Part shown: one piece after another, positions 9,078 to 19,598 of the stretch
Layout of the letters: every line of letters starts with the position of its first letter
Position numbering within the stretch: the first letter of the stretch is position 1
DNA from: Candidatus Merdicola faecigallinarum
GTDB taxonomy: Bacteria; Bacillota; Clostridia; TANB77; CAG-508
Reading direction: 5' to 3'
DNA: 59,398 bases
Assembly: GCA_018714565.1 (NCBI GenBank)
Contig: DVNH01000016.1
Location: 1 to 59,398, forward strand
Translations under genes and position numbers: made by a program
The notes under the pieces: model-generated
Seen by the model: the letters and a program-made list of their open reading frames with translations, nothing else
Told to the model about the DNA's origin: nothing
Databases searched by the model: none

Positions 9078-9706
9078 TATTGGCCTCCTAATTCACTTTT
9101 ATTTTCATTTTCTTCTTTAAAATCTTCCATCTCTTCCCTTGCGGGTGTAGGAGCCTCAAATTCTTCTAATACAATTTGTTCATTTTCATCTAGTTTATAT
9201 CTTGGAAGTTCTGGTAACTCTTCTAAACTATGATATCCGAATTTTTTCAAAAATTGATTGGTTGTTCTATAAGAAGTAGGTTTTCCTGGAACATCTAATT
9301 TACCTGCATCCTCTATTAGTCCATATTCAAGTAATTTATAAATGGATCCATCCGAACTTACTCCTCTAATATTTTCAATTTCCGCTCTCGTAATTTTAGG
9401 ATTATAAGCAATAATCGCTAAAGTTTCTAATGCTGCATTGGAAAGGTTTGGCTTATTTCTTTTATCAATAATAGGATAAATATATTCATAATATTCTTTT
9501 TTCGAGCATAATTGGTAAGAATCTTGTAGCTTTATAATTTCAATTCCACTGGAAGTTGATTTTAAATCTGAACTTAAACTTTCTATAATAGAAATAAGTT
9601 CCTCTTTTCCTAATTCTAAAACAGACATAAATTCTTCTATTTTTACTTCTCTTCCAGCAGCAAAAAGAATTGCTTGTATAATTGCTTTTGTTTTTTCGAT
9701 TTCCAT
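9077..9706 (-). CDS. scpB: SMC-Scp subunit ScpB
   Basis: LSNAALETLAIIAY..ITRAEIENIRGV..PGKP..FG..SLEELP. Confidence 0.97.
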   Translation of the reverse strand: MEIEKTKAIIQAILFAAGREVKIEEFMSVLELGKEELISIIESLSSDLKSTSSGIEIIKLQDSYQLCSKKEYYEYIYPIIDKRNKPNLSNAALETLAIIAYNPKITRAEIENIRGVSSDGSIYKLLEYGLIEDAGKLDVPGKPTSYRTTNQFLKKFGYHSLEELPELPRYKLDENEQIVLEEFEAPTPAREEMEDFKEENENKSELGGQ

Positions 9707-9854
9707 ATTCTGCTACTCACCTTTCCCTTAATTACCCTTAAAATTACCATCTATTATGACACGAAATCCGATGATTGTCAAATGATAATCTTCTTAAAAC
9801 TATTGAATTCTCATAAATGGTATGATAATATATGAAAAAAAATGAGGTGATATC

Positions 9855-10145
9855 ATGTCAGAAGAACAAAAAAATATTGAAGTAATTTCTGGAGATGGAA
9901 GTGAACTTAATATCTCTCCGGTTTATGATCATATTTCTGCTGGAAAACCAAGTATAGAAGATAAAAAGAAAAATATTATTATTCCTTGTACTGATAAAAC
10001 TTATTTAAATAAACAACAAGAAAACAATCATTCACAAGAAGATCCTAATAAAGAACAAGAAAACAAAGAAGATAATGAAGAAAATGTTTCTTCTAATTTA
10101 GAAGATCAAAATGATGTAAATGAGGATACGGATAGTAATTCATAA
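9855..10145 (+). CDS. Acidic hypothetical protein
   Basis: GAGGTG RBS and TTGAAT..TGATAAT-type promoter upstream. Confidence 0.6.
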   Translation: MSEEQKNIEVISGDGSELNISPVYDHISAGKPSIEDKKKNIIIPCTDKTYLNKQQENNHSQEDPNKEQENKEDNEENVSSNLEDQNDVNEDTDSNS

Positions 10146-10286
10146 TATTAATCTATAATACAAGAAAAGGCTTTTATAAAGGCTTTTCTTGACTTTTTTA
10201 CATAATTATGTTAATATAGAAATAGAATTGTTTATTAAATTTAAAGTGAGGTGAATCTCTTAGTATCGTAGGTACTAAGAAAAGAT

Positions 10287-10601
10287 ATGGCACATGTTGC
10301 AAAAAAACGAAATTTCTTACTTGTTTTCTTTGATAAGTTAACAGGAAGCTCTGATAAAAATGATGATTTAGAAAACGAAGATGATTTAGGATATGATCCA
10401 GCTGAATTGGCAGCTTTAAATGAAATGACGGATGATAAAATAAATCTATTAGTACAAGAACATGGTGAACAGCATATGGTTGATGAAGATGATAAAAAAG
10501 ATAAATTAGGAAATATAAAGCCTAAATTGTCAAGATCAGAAGTTCCAAAGGCTCACAAAGAATCTGTTAAAGAACCAGAAAAAATAGATGAAGGAAGATA
10601 A
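10287..10601 (+). CDS. Acidic hypothetical protein
   Basis: 104-aa ORF with host-like composition, followed by a long hairpin. Confidence 0.6.
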   Translation: MAHVAKKRNFLLVFFDKLTGSSDKNDDLENEDDLGYDPAELAALNEMTDDKINLLVQEHGEQHMVDEDDKKDKLGNIKPKLSRSEVPKAHKESVKEPEKIDEGR

Positions 10602-10610
10602 AACGTGATC

Positions 10611-10660
10611 CAGGGACGAATCTAAAATCTCTTTATAAAGGAATTTTAGATTCGTCCCTG
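10611..10660. terminator. Long inverted repeat (18-bp perfect stem)
   Basis: CAGGGACGAATCTAAAAT...ATTTTAGATTCGTCCCTG. Confidence 0.65.
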
Positions 10661-10680
10661 AAAAATATTTCCTTTTTTTC

Positions 10681-10709
10681 TTGACAAACTTCCATTTTGT
10701 GGTTATAAT
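10681..10709 (+). promoter_or_regulatory. Consensus sigmaA promoter of tRNA-Met
   Basis: TTGACA-17 nt-TATAAT. Confidence 0.9.
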
Positions 10710-10729
10710 ATATTTCGTTAGTTAGAAAT

Positions 10730-10806
10730 GGCGAAGTAGCTCAGTTGGCTAGAGCATTCGGTTCATACCCGAAGGGTCATGTGTTCGAATCACATCTTCG
10801 CTACCA
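10730..10806 (+). tRNA. tRNA-Met(CAU), elongator type
   Basis: Cloverleaf; anticodon arm TTCGG-TTCATAC-CCGAA; TTCGAA T-loop; CCA end; terminator hairpin at about 10813-10848. Confidence 0.93.
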
Positions 10807-10860
10807 AAAAGTAAACTCTCAAATGTATATAAGCATTTGAGAGTTTTTTAGTAGTAATTT

Positions 10861-10968
10861 TAAGAAAAGTGGCTTCGCCACATGTACAGATTGCTTCGCA
10901 ATCGCACAGACTAATGTAACTTAACCTTGTTACTCCAGAAATTTCTGATGAAATTTCTGGAGTAATAA
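10861..10968 (+). repeat. Dispersed three-hairpin repeat, copy B
   Basis: Same element as copies A, C, D and E. Confidence 0.92.
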
Positions 10969-10995
10969 AAAAAGAGAAAATATTTCTATTTTCTC

Positions 10996-12291
10996 TTAAC
11001 TCATATAATCTTTTAGTTTCTTACTTCTACTTGGATGTCTTAATTTTCTTAATGCCTTTGCTTCAATTTGTCTAATTCTTTCACGAGTTACCATGAATTC
11101 TTTTCCAACTTCTTCTAGCGTTCTTGCTTTTCCATCTTCTAGTCCAAATCTTAACTTTAATACTTTTGCTTCTCTTGGAGTTAATGTTCCCATTACTTCT
11201 TCTAATTGTTCTTTTAATAATGTATATGCTGCAGAATCTTGTGGTGCTGGAGAATCCTCATCTTTAATAAAATCTCCTAAATGGCTATCATCTTCTTCTC
11301 CAATTGGTGTTTCTAAAGATACTGGATCTTGTGCTATTTTTTGAATTTCCATTACTTTTTCTACTGGCATTTCCATCTCTTCTGCTATTTCCTCTGGACT
11401 TGGTTCTCTTCCTAATTGTTGTAATAAATGACGTGATGTTCGAATTAACTTATTAATCGTTTCTACCATGTGTACAGGAATTCTGATCGTACGTGCTTGA
11501 TCTGCAATTGCTCTTGTTATTGCTTGTCTAATCCACCAAGTTGCATACGTACTAAATTTAAATCCTTTTGTATAATCAAATTTTTCTACTGCTTTAATTA
11601 ATCCCATATTTCCTTCTTGGATTAAATCTAAAAATAGCATACCTCTACCTACATATTTTTTTGCAATACTAACTACCAATCTTAAGTTAGACTCTGCTAA
11701 TTTTTGTTTTGCTTCTTCATCGCCTTCTAATACTTTTTTTGCCAAATCCAATTCTTCTTCATAAGTAAGAAGAGGAATTTTTCCAATTTCTCTTAAATAC
11801 ATTCTAACAGGATCATCAATATTTCCACCTTCGAAATTACTTAAGTTAATTTCATCTAACTTTAATTCTTCTACCTCTTGTAAATCTTCAATATCTGGAC
11901 CTTCTTCATCTACATCATCCTTTAATATATCTACTCCTAATTCTTCAAAAGCATCAAATACTTTATCAATTTGTTCTGGATTTACATCATCTAACTCACT
12001 TGCAAGTTCTCCATAAGTAATTTTTCCTTTTGATTTTGCTTTTTCTAATATGCTTTTTACTTTTGCATTTCGAATTTCTTCTTCGTTTTCCTCTATTTTT
12101 CCTTCTACTTTTGCTCTATCTCTTTTATTTTCTTTTACTTCACTTTTCTCTTTTGCTTTACTACTTTCCTCTACATTTTTTGTTTTATCTTTTTTTACAG
12201 TTTCTACTACTTCTTTTTCTTTCTTTTTATTTGTTTCTTTTCGTTCTTTTTCTGCTTGTATATTTTCTTCTTTATTTTCTGCTTTTTTCAT
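10996..12291 (-). CDS. rpoD: RNA polymerase primary sigma factor
   Basis: [48 protein letters not shown]; charged N-terminal extension. Confidence 0.98.
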   Translation of the reverse strand: MKKAENKEENIQAEKERKETNKKKEKEVVETVKKDKTKNVEESSKAKEKSEVKENKRDRAKVEGKIEENEEEIRNAKVKSILEKAKSKGKITYGELASELDDVNPEQIDKVFDAFEELGVDILKDDVDEEGPDIEDLQEVEELKLDEINLSNFEGGNIDDPVRMYLREIGKIPLLTYEEELDLAKKVLEGDEEAKQKLAESNLRLVVSIAKKYVGRGMLFLDLIQEGNMGLIKAVEKFDYTKGFKFSTYATWWIRQAITRAIADQARTIRIPVHMVETINKLIRTSRHLLQQLGREPSPEEIAEEMEMPVEKVMEIQKIAQDPVSLETPIGEEDDSHLGDFIKDEDSPAPQDSAAYTLLKEQLEEVMGTLTPREAKVLKLRFGLEDGKARTLEEVGKEFMVTRERIRQIEAKALRKLRHPSRSKKLKDYMS

Positions 12292-12301
12292 ATAAAACCT
12301 C

Positions 12302-14089
12302 CTATTTCATTTTCGCTAATTTTATAATTACAAGGTTTAACTCTGTTTCTAAATTTGTCATTTCTTCCTTTGACAAATTTGTATTCTCTAATTGTTTTAA
12401 TATTTCATTGCGATACTCGATTAACTGCTCTTTTTTATATGCATTTATAATATCCTCAATACACTTGTCAACGTCTGTTATTTCGTAATCTTCCGCCAAA
12501 ATTTCTGTCAAATGATTAATAATCGCTTCATCGGAAAATAAGCTAACAACATCATAAATAGAAGTTACTCCTTTTTGATATTCCTCATAAATTCTTTTTA
12601 CGATAGCTTTATTTTCTTCTACTTGAAACATTTCTGGTGTAATCTCCGACTTTATTTTTGGATATACATTTTGATTTTGCAATGTTAAAAGAGCAATAAT
12701 TGTATTTTCCCTTTTTCTTATTACTTCACTTACTTTAGTATCTTCTTTTCTTGGAATGTTATACCTAGCTACTGGCTTTTCTAAAACTTTTGCACCAGTA
12801 GAGTTAGGATACGTTAATTTTTTTATTTCTGAATAAATTGCTTCTTTTGAAATTAGATATTCTTTTGAAATTTTATCAATGTAAACTTCTTGTTCAATAT
12901 GATTATCTACTTTTGCTAATATTTTTGCTATTTCATTTAAGAATTTAATTTTATCACTTGTATTTTCCAAATTTAAATCTTTCTTTAATGTCTTTACCTT
13001 AAATTCCACAAGAGAAATTGCATTCTCTACATATTTTTCAAATCTTCCACTTCCATATTTCGTAACAAATTCATCTGGATCTTTTGCTCCTTCTAGTTGT
13101 AAAATTCTAACATCACAACCTAAATTACTTAAGATTTCTAACCCTCTCATTGTCGCTGCTTGTCCAGCTCCATCAGAATCATAACCAATAATAATTTGTT
13201 CTGAAGATCTGCGTAGCAATCTTCCCTGTGCTTCTGTTAAAGCTGTTCCTAGAGATGCAACTGCATTTGTAATTCCTCTTTGATGAAGAGAAATTGCATC
13301 CATATAGCCTTCTACAATAATAATCTTACTTGTATCTGCTTTTTTCGCATTATATAATCCAAATAAATGTTTTCCTTTATGGTATACAATATTTTCTGGA
13401 GAATTTATATATTTAGGCTTTGAATCATCTAATACTCTTCCTCCAAATGCAATAAATCTTCCTCTTACATCTTGAATGGGAAACATTAATCGATTACGAA
13501 ATCGATCAATAAATCTTCCATTTTGATTTTGATTTACTAAATCAGAAGATAAAATCTCTGAATCTGAAAAACCCTTTTGTTTCAAAACGCGATATAATTC
13601 ATCAAAATTACCTGAATATCCAATTACAAAGTTTTTCAATGTACTATTATCTAATTTTCTCTTCTTTACATATTCCTGAGCTAACTTTGAAGTTGGCTTA
13701 TATAAATTTTCGTGATAAAAATAAGCTGCTACTTTATTGATTTCATATACTTTCGCAGCTAATTGTTGTAACTTATTATCTTTATCTTGCTCTAAAACAG
13801 GTAATGTAATTCCCGCTCTTTCTGCTAAAAATTCTAAGCTTTCTCTAAAGCCAATTCCTTCTATCTTACTAATAAAATGAATTACATTTCCTCCAACGCC
13901 ACATCCAAAGCAATGAAAGATTTGTTTATCTGGTGAAACGGAAAAAGATGGTGATTTTTCATTATGAAACGGACATAAACCGAAGTAATTTCTGCCACTT
14001 CGTTTTAATGCCATATATTGTGATATTACATCAACGATGTCATTACTATTTTTTACTTCATCAATTAATTCATCACTATACCTTACCAT
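12302..14089 (-). CDS. dnaG: DNA primase
   Basis: [15 protein letters not shown] Zn finger; VEGYMD and YDSDGAG TOPRIM motifs; KDPDE. Confidence 0.98.
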   Translation of the reverse strand: MVRYSDELIDEVKNSNDIVDVISQYMALKRSGRNYFGLCPFHNEKSPSFSVSPDKQIFHCFGCGVGGNVIHFISKIEGIGFRESLEFLAERAGITLPVLEQDKDNKLQQLAAKVYEINKVAAYFYHENLYKPTSKLAQEYVKKRKLDNSTLKNFVIGYSGNFDELYRVLKQKGFSDSEILSSDLVNQNQNGRFIDRFRNRLMFPIQDVRGRFIAFGGRVLDDSKPKYINSPENIVYHKGKHLFGLYNAKKADTSKIIIVEGYMDAISLHQRGITNAVASLGTALTEAQGRLLRRSSEQIIIGYDSDGAGQAATMRGLEILSNLGCDVRILQLEGAKDPDEFVTKYGSGRFEKYVENAISLVEFKVKTLKKDLNLENTSDKIKFLNEIAKILAKVDNHIEQEVYIDKISKEYLISKEAIYSEIKKLTYPNSTGAKVLEKPVARYNIPRKEDTKVSEVIRKRENTIIALLTLQNQNVYPKIKSEITPEMFQVEENKAIVKRIYEEYQKGVTSIYDVVSLFSDEAIINHLTEILAEDYEITDVDKCIEDIINAYKKEQLIEYRNEILKQLENTNLSKEEMTNLETELNLVIIKLAKMK

Positions 14090-14122
14090 TCTTCCTACCT
14101 TTCTTTTTACATACTTTTTATA

Positions 14123-14129
14123 TTCGACA
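14123..14129 (-). promoter_or_regulatory. Possible Spo0A box upstream of dnaG-rpoD
   Basis: TGTCGAA on the minus strand; a single heptamer. Confidence 0.4.
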
Positions 14130-14232
14130 CTTTTAATATAAATCCTTCTTTTATGTTTACAAGAGGACAGTTTTCTCTCTATTTTACGCCAAAAGAAAAG
14201 AGAAATGTCTATTTCTCTTTTCTTTTGCTCGT

Positions 14233-14814
14233 TTATGCATTTGTTGTTCCCGTTCCTTCAAATGGAATAAATTTGTTTACAATATTTTTGCTAATATCAG
14301 ATGCTGTTATGTTACCATCTACTTTATATTCTGCAAATGATGTAGAAATTTTATTATCAATTAATTCTTCAATCTCATCTTTTGAAGAATGCTCTGTTAA
14401 AACAAGTTCACTTACTAAAATTTGTTTTGCATTATTTAACATTTTTTTCTCGCCTGTTGATAATCCTTTTTCTTTTTGTTTAAAGCTTAAATTTCTTACT
14501 ACATCTGCAACCTCGTAAATATCTCCGCTCTTCATCTTATCCATATTATCACGATATCTCTTATTCCAATTCATAGACATCTCTGTTTCATTTGATTCTA
14601 GTACACTAAATACTTTTTCAGCAGAATTTTTATCAATAATCTCTCTTACACCTATTTCTTCTGCTTTTTTAGTTGGTACCATTACCTTTACCTCGCCTGG
14701 CATTTTTAAAATATAATAGGCTTGTTTTTCTCCTAATATATCCTTCTCTTCAATTGCATCTATTACTCCAGCCCCGTGCATTGGGTAAACTATTTTATCA
14801 CCTACATTAAACAT
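14233..14814 (-). CDS. carD: CarD family transcriptional regulator
   Basis: MFNVGDKIVYPMHGAGVI..WNKRYR..LSTGEKKML; start taken at the ATG after AAGGAG. Confidence 0.93.
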   Translation of the reverse strand: MFNVGDKIVYPMHGAGVIDAIEEKDILGEKQAYYILKMPGEVKVMVPTKKAEEIGVREIIDKNSAEKVFSVLESNETEMSMNWNKRYRDNMDKMKSGDIYEVADVVRNLSFKQKEKGLSTGEKKMLNNAKQILVSELVLTEHSSKDEIEELIDNKISTSFAEYKVDGNITASDISKNIVNKFIPFEGTGTTNA

Positions 14815-14978
14815 GCAAGTCAACTCCTTTCAATGTCTATTTCTTGTCTAACAACATCTTTATTATACTACAAAATTTACCAAAAGTCAAAGGATTTTCC
14901 ACATGTATATAGGTCAAAAATAGGCTACAACTCAGTTGTAGCCTTGATTTACATAAATTAATTAATTTTTTTTCTTTT

Positions 14979-15440
14979 CTATTTACTAGTAGATCCAAAG
15001 CCTCCTACTCTTTCTCCTTCTGCTACATCATTATCTACTGTTAAATATTTTTGGAAAATACCTTGTCCGATTGCTTCTCCTTTTTTTATTACAATATCTT
15101 CATCCTTAATATTAAAAAAAGAAAACATAAAATGTCCATCGTTATCCGGATTTCCATAATAATCTTTATCTATTACTCCCACACTGTTTGCCATTACTAA
15201 TCCTTTTTTCTTAGGATTTGAACTTCTATTATATAACAATAAAACTTCATCATCTTGCATATATGCTTTTAATCCTGTTTTTACCAATGTTGGATTCATT
15301 CCTTTTTTAAAACTTGGTATTACCGTATCTTCTGCAGCTTCGATATCATATCCTGCTGAATATTTTGTTTTTCTTACTGGCAAATGAATTCCTTTATCTT
15401 CAAATCCTTTTGCCACTTCAAATCCTCTTACTTTTTCCAT
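14979..15440 (-). CDS. dut: dUTP diphosphatase
   Basis: SAGYD, RSS, GVIDKDY, RVGGFGST. Confidence 0.96.
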   Translation of the reverse strand: MEKVRGFEVAKGFEDKGIHLPVRKTKYSAGYDIEAAEDTVIPSFKKGMNPTLVKTGLKAYMQDDEVLLLYNRSSNPKKKGLVMANSVGVIDKDYYGNPDNDGHFMFSFFNIKDEDIVIKKGEAIGQGIFQKYLTVDNDVAEGERVGGFGSTSK

Positions 15441-15582
15441 GTTTTTCCCTCCATTTTTTCTTTCTAACTTATTTTTACACGAAACATTTTTTTTGTCAAT
15501 ATTTTGTTTTTTTCACGATTTTTCTACTCTTGGAATATAATACAATATGAATTACGTTAACTTTAATAGGAGGATATATACA

Positions 15583-15816
15583 ATGAATCATATAATTTCT
15601 TTATACTATCTACCTGTGAATACCATTGGTACCATTGAACATTTAGATTGCATAGGATCCATACAAAGAAGACTACTAGATCTTGGAATGATAAAGGGAA
15701 CAAGAATAATCCCTCTATTTAAAAGTCCTGCTGGAGATCCTATCGCATATTCTATTCGTGGAAGTGTAATTGCTCTTCGAAAAGAAGATGCATTAAACAT
15801 AAAAGTTCTAGTATAA
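15583..15816 (+). CDS. feoA: Ferrous iron transport protein A
   Basis: RRLLDLGMIKG..SPAGDP..IRGSVIALR; AGGAGG RBS before the ATG at 15583. Confidence 0.93.
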   Translation: MNHIISLYYLPVNTIGTIEHLDCIGSIQRRLLDLGMIKGTRIIPLFKSPAGDPIAYSIRGSVIALRKEDALNIKVLV

Positions 15817-15847
15817 ATTCAGGCAAAATTTCAATCAATTTTCATTA

Positions 15848-15873
15848 ACAACGTATTTTTTTCTTCATATAAT
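15848..15873 (+). promoter_or_regulatory. sigmaK-like promoter before feoB
   Basis: AC-16 nt-CATATAAT; a low-information consensus. Confidence 0.35.
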
Positions 15874-15901
15874 ATATTATTTTAAAGTTTGAGGTGATTT
15901 T

Positions 15902-17204
15902 ATGGGACTTACTAAGAGCTCCTCCGTTTCTCACTTACTTTCTAGTGAAATTCAAAAATTAGAAAATGCCTGTAACTATACAATTGCAATTGCTGGAAAT
16001 CCCAATGTCGGAAAGTCAACTATTTTTAATCATTTAACTGGTATGAACCAACATACGGGAAATTGGCCTGGGAAAACAGTTACAAATGCAGCTGGTACAT
16101 ATGAATATAAACAGGATCATTTCTTATTAGTAGATATTCCTGGTACATATTCTTTAATGTCTCATTCTGAAGAAGAAAAGATTGCTCGAAATTATATTTG
16201 TTTTGGAAATCCAGATGTAACTGTTATCGTAGTAGACTCTACTTGTTTAGAACGTAACTTAAATCTTGTTTTCCAAACCTTCGAAATTACAGATCGAGTT
16301 ATTGTATGTGTTAATTTATTGGATGAAGCAAAGAAAAAGGGGATTTCAATCGATTTGAAAAAACTATCTGATTTGCTTGGAGTTCCTGTTATAGGAACAA
16401 ATGCAAGAAAGAAAAAAACACTAACTGCTTTAATGGAATGCGTTTATCAGGTATGCCATAAAGAAATCTTACCTTCTCCTAAAAAAATAAATTATTTGCC
16501 AGTTATTGAAAATAGTATTCATCTTATGATTCCATCTATTCAAAAATATGATTCCATTCCTAGTTATTTACATCGCTTTATCTGTTTAAAATTATTAGAA
16601 AAAGAAGAAACTATTTTACATTCTATTTCTTCCAATTTTCATGTTAATTTTAAGGAAAATGAACTTTTAAAACAAAAGTTAGACGAATCTTATTGTTTAA
16701 TGAAAAAAAATGATATTAATGAATCCAATTTTCGAAATAAATTAATTTCTAGTATTATTTTAGAGGCAGAAAATATTTCCAACCAAACTTGCTCTTACAA
16801 AAAAGGAAAAAATTTCACCTTTAAAATAGACAAAGTTCTTACTTCTAAAAAATTTGGTATTCCTATTATGCTCTTATTTTTAGGAATCATTTTTTGGCTT
16901 ACAATTATTGGAGCAAATTACCCTTCTAGCCTATTATCACAATTTTTTGCATGGATTCAAGAAAAATTAATTATTGGTGCGAAAGCAATTTCAATGCCAA
17001 ATTGGCTTTCCGACCTACTTATCTTCGGAATGTATCAAACTGTTACTTGGGTTATTGCTGTTATGCTTCCTCCAATGGCGATCTTTTTCCCTCTTTTTAC
17101 TTTACTAGAAGATTTAGGCTATCTTCCTCGAATTGCATTTAATTTAGATCACTATTTCAAAAAAGCTTGCTCTTCTGGTAAACAGGCACTTACCATGTGC
17201 ATGG
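15902..17204 (+). CDS. feoB: FeoB, 5' part (interrupted by the LSR element)
   Basis: GNPNVGKST, GNWPGKT, DIPGTYS, LEDLGYLPR; breaks at ALTMCM. Confidence 0.95.
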
Positions 17205-17278
17205 TAGTGATAAAATGGTATCGCAAAAATAGTAGAAGGGAAGAATTTCTATTCTATCCCTTCTACTACTAAAAACAG

Positions 17279-18553
17279 CTACCATTCTTTTTTATGATTT
17301 ATTAATTCTAAAATATATCCTATTAAACAATAAGGTGCTAAGATAAATGAATATAATAACACATAAATAATAAATGCTAATACGCTTCGTTTTTCTAATT
17401 TACAATTAACTTCTTTTTGCATATTTTTCCTTTTCATCTCAATTACGAAACATAGTAATAGTCCAAAAGGAATTACCAGTAATGATATCCATCCTATTAG
17501 TAATGGATTTCCTAAGGCTAATAAAATTAATCCAAGCGGTACAAAAATAAGAAGCGCTAAATCTATAAAAGGAAAAAATATATTCAAACACATTAAAAAT
17601 TTAGATTTTAGATCAATTTTCTTTGATTTAAATATTTTTACTTTTTTAAAAGCCTCTATCATTCCTCTTGCCCATCTTTTTCTCTGTCTTCCTAAATCTC
17701 TAAATTTTTCTGGAACTTCTGTATATGCAATTGCATTTTTCGAAAAATTAGTTTCATAACCTTTACTTAATAATTCCCAAGTTAAAACAATATCTTCTCC
17801 CACACAGTTTTTCCATCCGCCTATTTCTCTTAGTACTTCTGTTTTGTAAGCACTAAAAGCTCCTTGGGCTACTAATGTTGAATTATAATTTCCTTGAACC
17901 AGTTTCACTCCAAATATTCCTAAAGTATAATCCCATTCTTGTAATTTTGTAATGAAACTTTTTTTAGAATTCTTTACAAATAAACATCCAGCAGTAGCAG
18001 CTGTCTTTTTATTCGAATTCGTTAATTTATTCATAATATTTCTTATCGCTAAAGGATGCAAAATAGTATCGCTATCGATTGTAATAGTATAATCTGTCTT
18101 TACACTCTGCAACCCTTTATTAAGAGCTTCTGCTTTTCCTTGATGCTTTGATTCTATTATCGTTATATTAGAATCTAGTTCCATAGATTTTAGTAGTTCT
18201 AAAGTTCCATCTGTTGACCCATCATCTATAATACTTAGATAAATATTTCCACAGTATTTTTGCTTCTTAATAGATTCTAACGTTTCTTTTATTGATTTTT
18301 TCGCATTATACACTGGTATTAAAATAGTAACATCTTCTTCTTTTTTGGTGCATGCTTTTTTCTCTTTTTTACTTGATAGTAAACTAATCAACGTAAATAT
18401 AAAATAAAAACCTGGAATTAAAGCTATAAAAGTTACTAAATAGATTGCTAAAAAATATCCAAAATAACATGCTATATCATTAATCCAGCTAATATTTATA
18501 AAGATTGAACAGATAAGACATAACAATGCAACCATAATTGATATCAAAAACAT
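17279..18553 (-). CDS. GT2 processive glycosyltransferase (IcaA/PgaC/cellulose-synthase-like)
   Basis: DDGSTD, GKAEALN, IDSD, GED and QRKRW motifs; TM helices at both ends. Confidence 0.9.
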   Translation of the reverse strand: MFLISIMVALLCLICSIFINISWINDIACYFGYFLAIYLVTFIALIPGFYFIFTLISLLSSKKEKKACTKKEEDVTILIPVYNAKKSIKETLESIKKQKYCGNIYLSIIDDGSTDGTLELLKSMELDSNITIIESKHQGKAEALNKGLQSVKTDYTITIDSDTILHPLAIRNIMNKLTNSNKKTAATAGCLFVKNSKKSFITKLQEWDYTLGIFGVKLVQGNYNSTLVAQGAFSAYKTEVLREIGGWKNCVGEDIVLTWELLSKGYETNFSKNAIAYTEVPEKFRDLGRQRKRWARGMIEAFKKVKIFKSKKIDLKSKFLMCLNIFFPFIDLALLIFVPLGLILLALGNPLLIGWISLLVIPFGLLLCFVIEMKRKNMQKEVNCKLEKRSVLAFIIYVLLYSFILAPYCLIGYILELINHKKEW

Positions 18554-18650
18554 TCTTATCACCTCATATTATCATATGAAATTGTCAAAAAATGGTGATA
18601 AGTATCAAAAAATGTCTAATATGAATATGATAAATAGAGGTGAATAAAAA

Positions 18651-19448
18651 TTGAATACTAAAAAAGGAATTATGATTGCATGTGCTGTAATTATTGCAAT
18701 TATTTTAATATGTGCCTTTAAGCAATATCAATATAGTCAAAGAGCTAATGTTAAAGTTCCAATTCTGCTTTACCATAATTTTGTAACTACTGTTCCTGAG
18801 CATGATCCTGATAATTTTAATTATATAAATACTCCAGAAAGTTTTGAAGAAAATGTAAAAACACTGTTAGAAAATGGGTATACAATAATATCGATGAAAG
18901 ATCTAGATGAAGCAAACAATGGAAAGAAAAAACTTCCTGATAAGCCAATCATTATAACTTTTGATGATGGATATTACAGTAATTACGAGTATATTTATCC
19001 AATCTTAAAAAAATATAATGTGAAAACCTCTATTTTTATCGTTACCGATAAAATCGGCCAAGAACTTGATGGAATAAGATATTTGGGATGGAATGAATGT
19101 TTAGAAATGCAAAATAGTGGCCTTGTAGAAATATTTAGTCATAGTACAAAACATGTCTTTTATAACAGGTTACCTGTTAAAGAAATTCGTGATGATGTAA
19201 AAAAATCATATCAGTTAATTGAGCAACATTTAGGAAAACAGGATTTAAAAGTATTCGCTTATCCTTATGGTGCATATACAAAGCAAACAGTAAAAACTTT
19301 AAAAAATGATGGTATTGATTTTCAAATATATGATCTTGGAATAAATAATTTTAAGAATTTAGATAAAAATTTTATGAAACGAATTAATATTCCTTGTGAA
19401 ATGACTGGAAAAGAAATTATAGAAGCAATAGAAAAAGGGACTTTCTAA
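18651..19448 (+). CDS. Polysaccharide deacetylase (CE4, IcaB/PgaB-like)
   Basis: N-terminal anchor; PILLYH, TFDDGY, SHSTKH, AYPYG. Confidence 0.92.
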   Translation: MNTKKGIMIACAVIIAIILICAFKQYQYSQRANVKVPILLYHNFVTTVPEHDPDNFNYINTPESFEENVKTLLENGYTIISMKDLDEANNGKKKLPDKPIIITFDDGYYSNYEYIYPILKKYNVKTSIFIVTDKIGQELDGIRYLGWNECLEMQNSGLVEIFSHSTKHVFYNRLPVKEIRDDVKKSYQLIEQHLGKQDLKVFAYPYGAYTKQTVKTLKNDGIDFQIYDLGINNFKNLDKNFMKRINIPCEMTGKEIIEAIEKGTF

Positions 19449-19469
19449 AATTAGTCCCTTTTTATTATA

Positions 19470-19577
19470 TAAGAAAAGTGGCTTCGCCACATGTACAGAT
19501 TGCTTCGCAATCGCATAGGCTAATGTAACTTAACCTTGTCACTCCAGAAATTTCTGACGAAATTTCCTACGTAATAA
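19470..19577 (+). repeat. Dispersed three-hairpin repeat, copy C
   Basis: Same element as copies A, B, D and E. Confidence 0.92.
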
Positions 19578-19598
19578 AAAAATAAACAGTAATTTATT

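Noticed and set aside
11093-12488. Plus-strand ORFs rich in F/L/S here and elsewhere (e.g. 515-826, 7733-8038, 25223-25585, 41966-42319)
   Set aside because: Antisense shadows of real minus-strand genes in AT-rich DNA; no RBS or motifs.
17205-17272. Tail of ORF 15902-17272 and head of ORF 26645-26717 as FeoB sequence
   Set aside because: Both are element-derived sequence inside the att cores.
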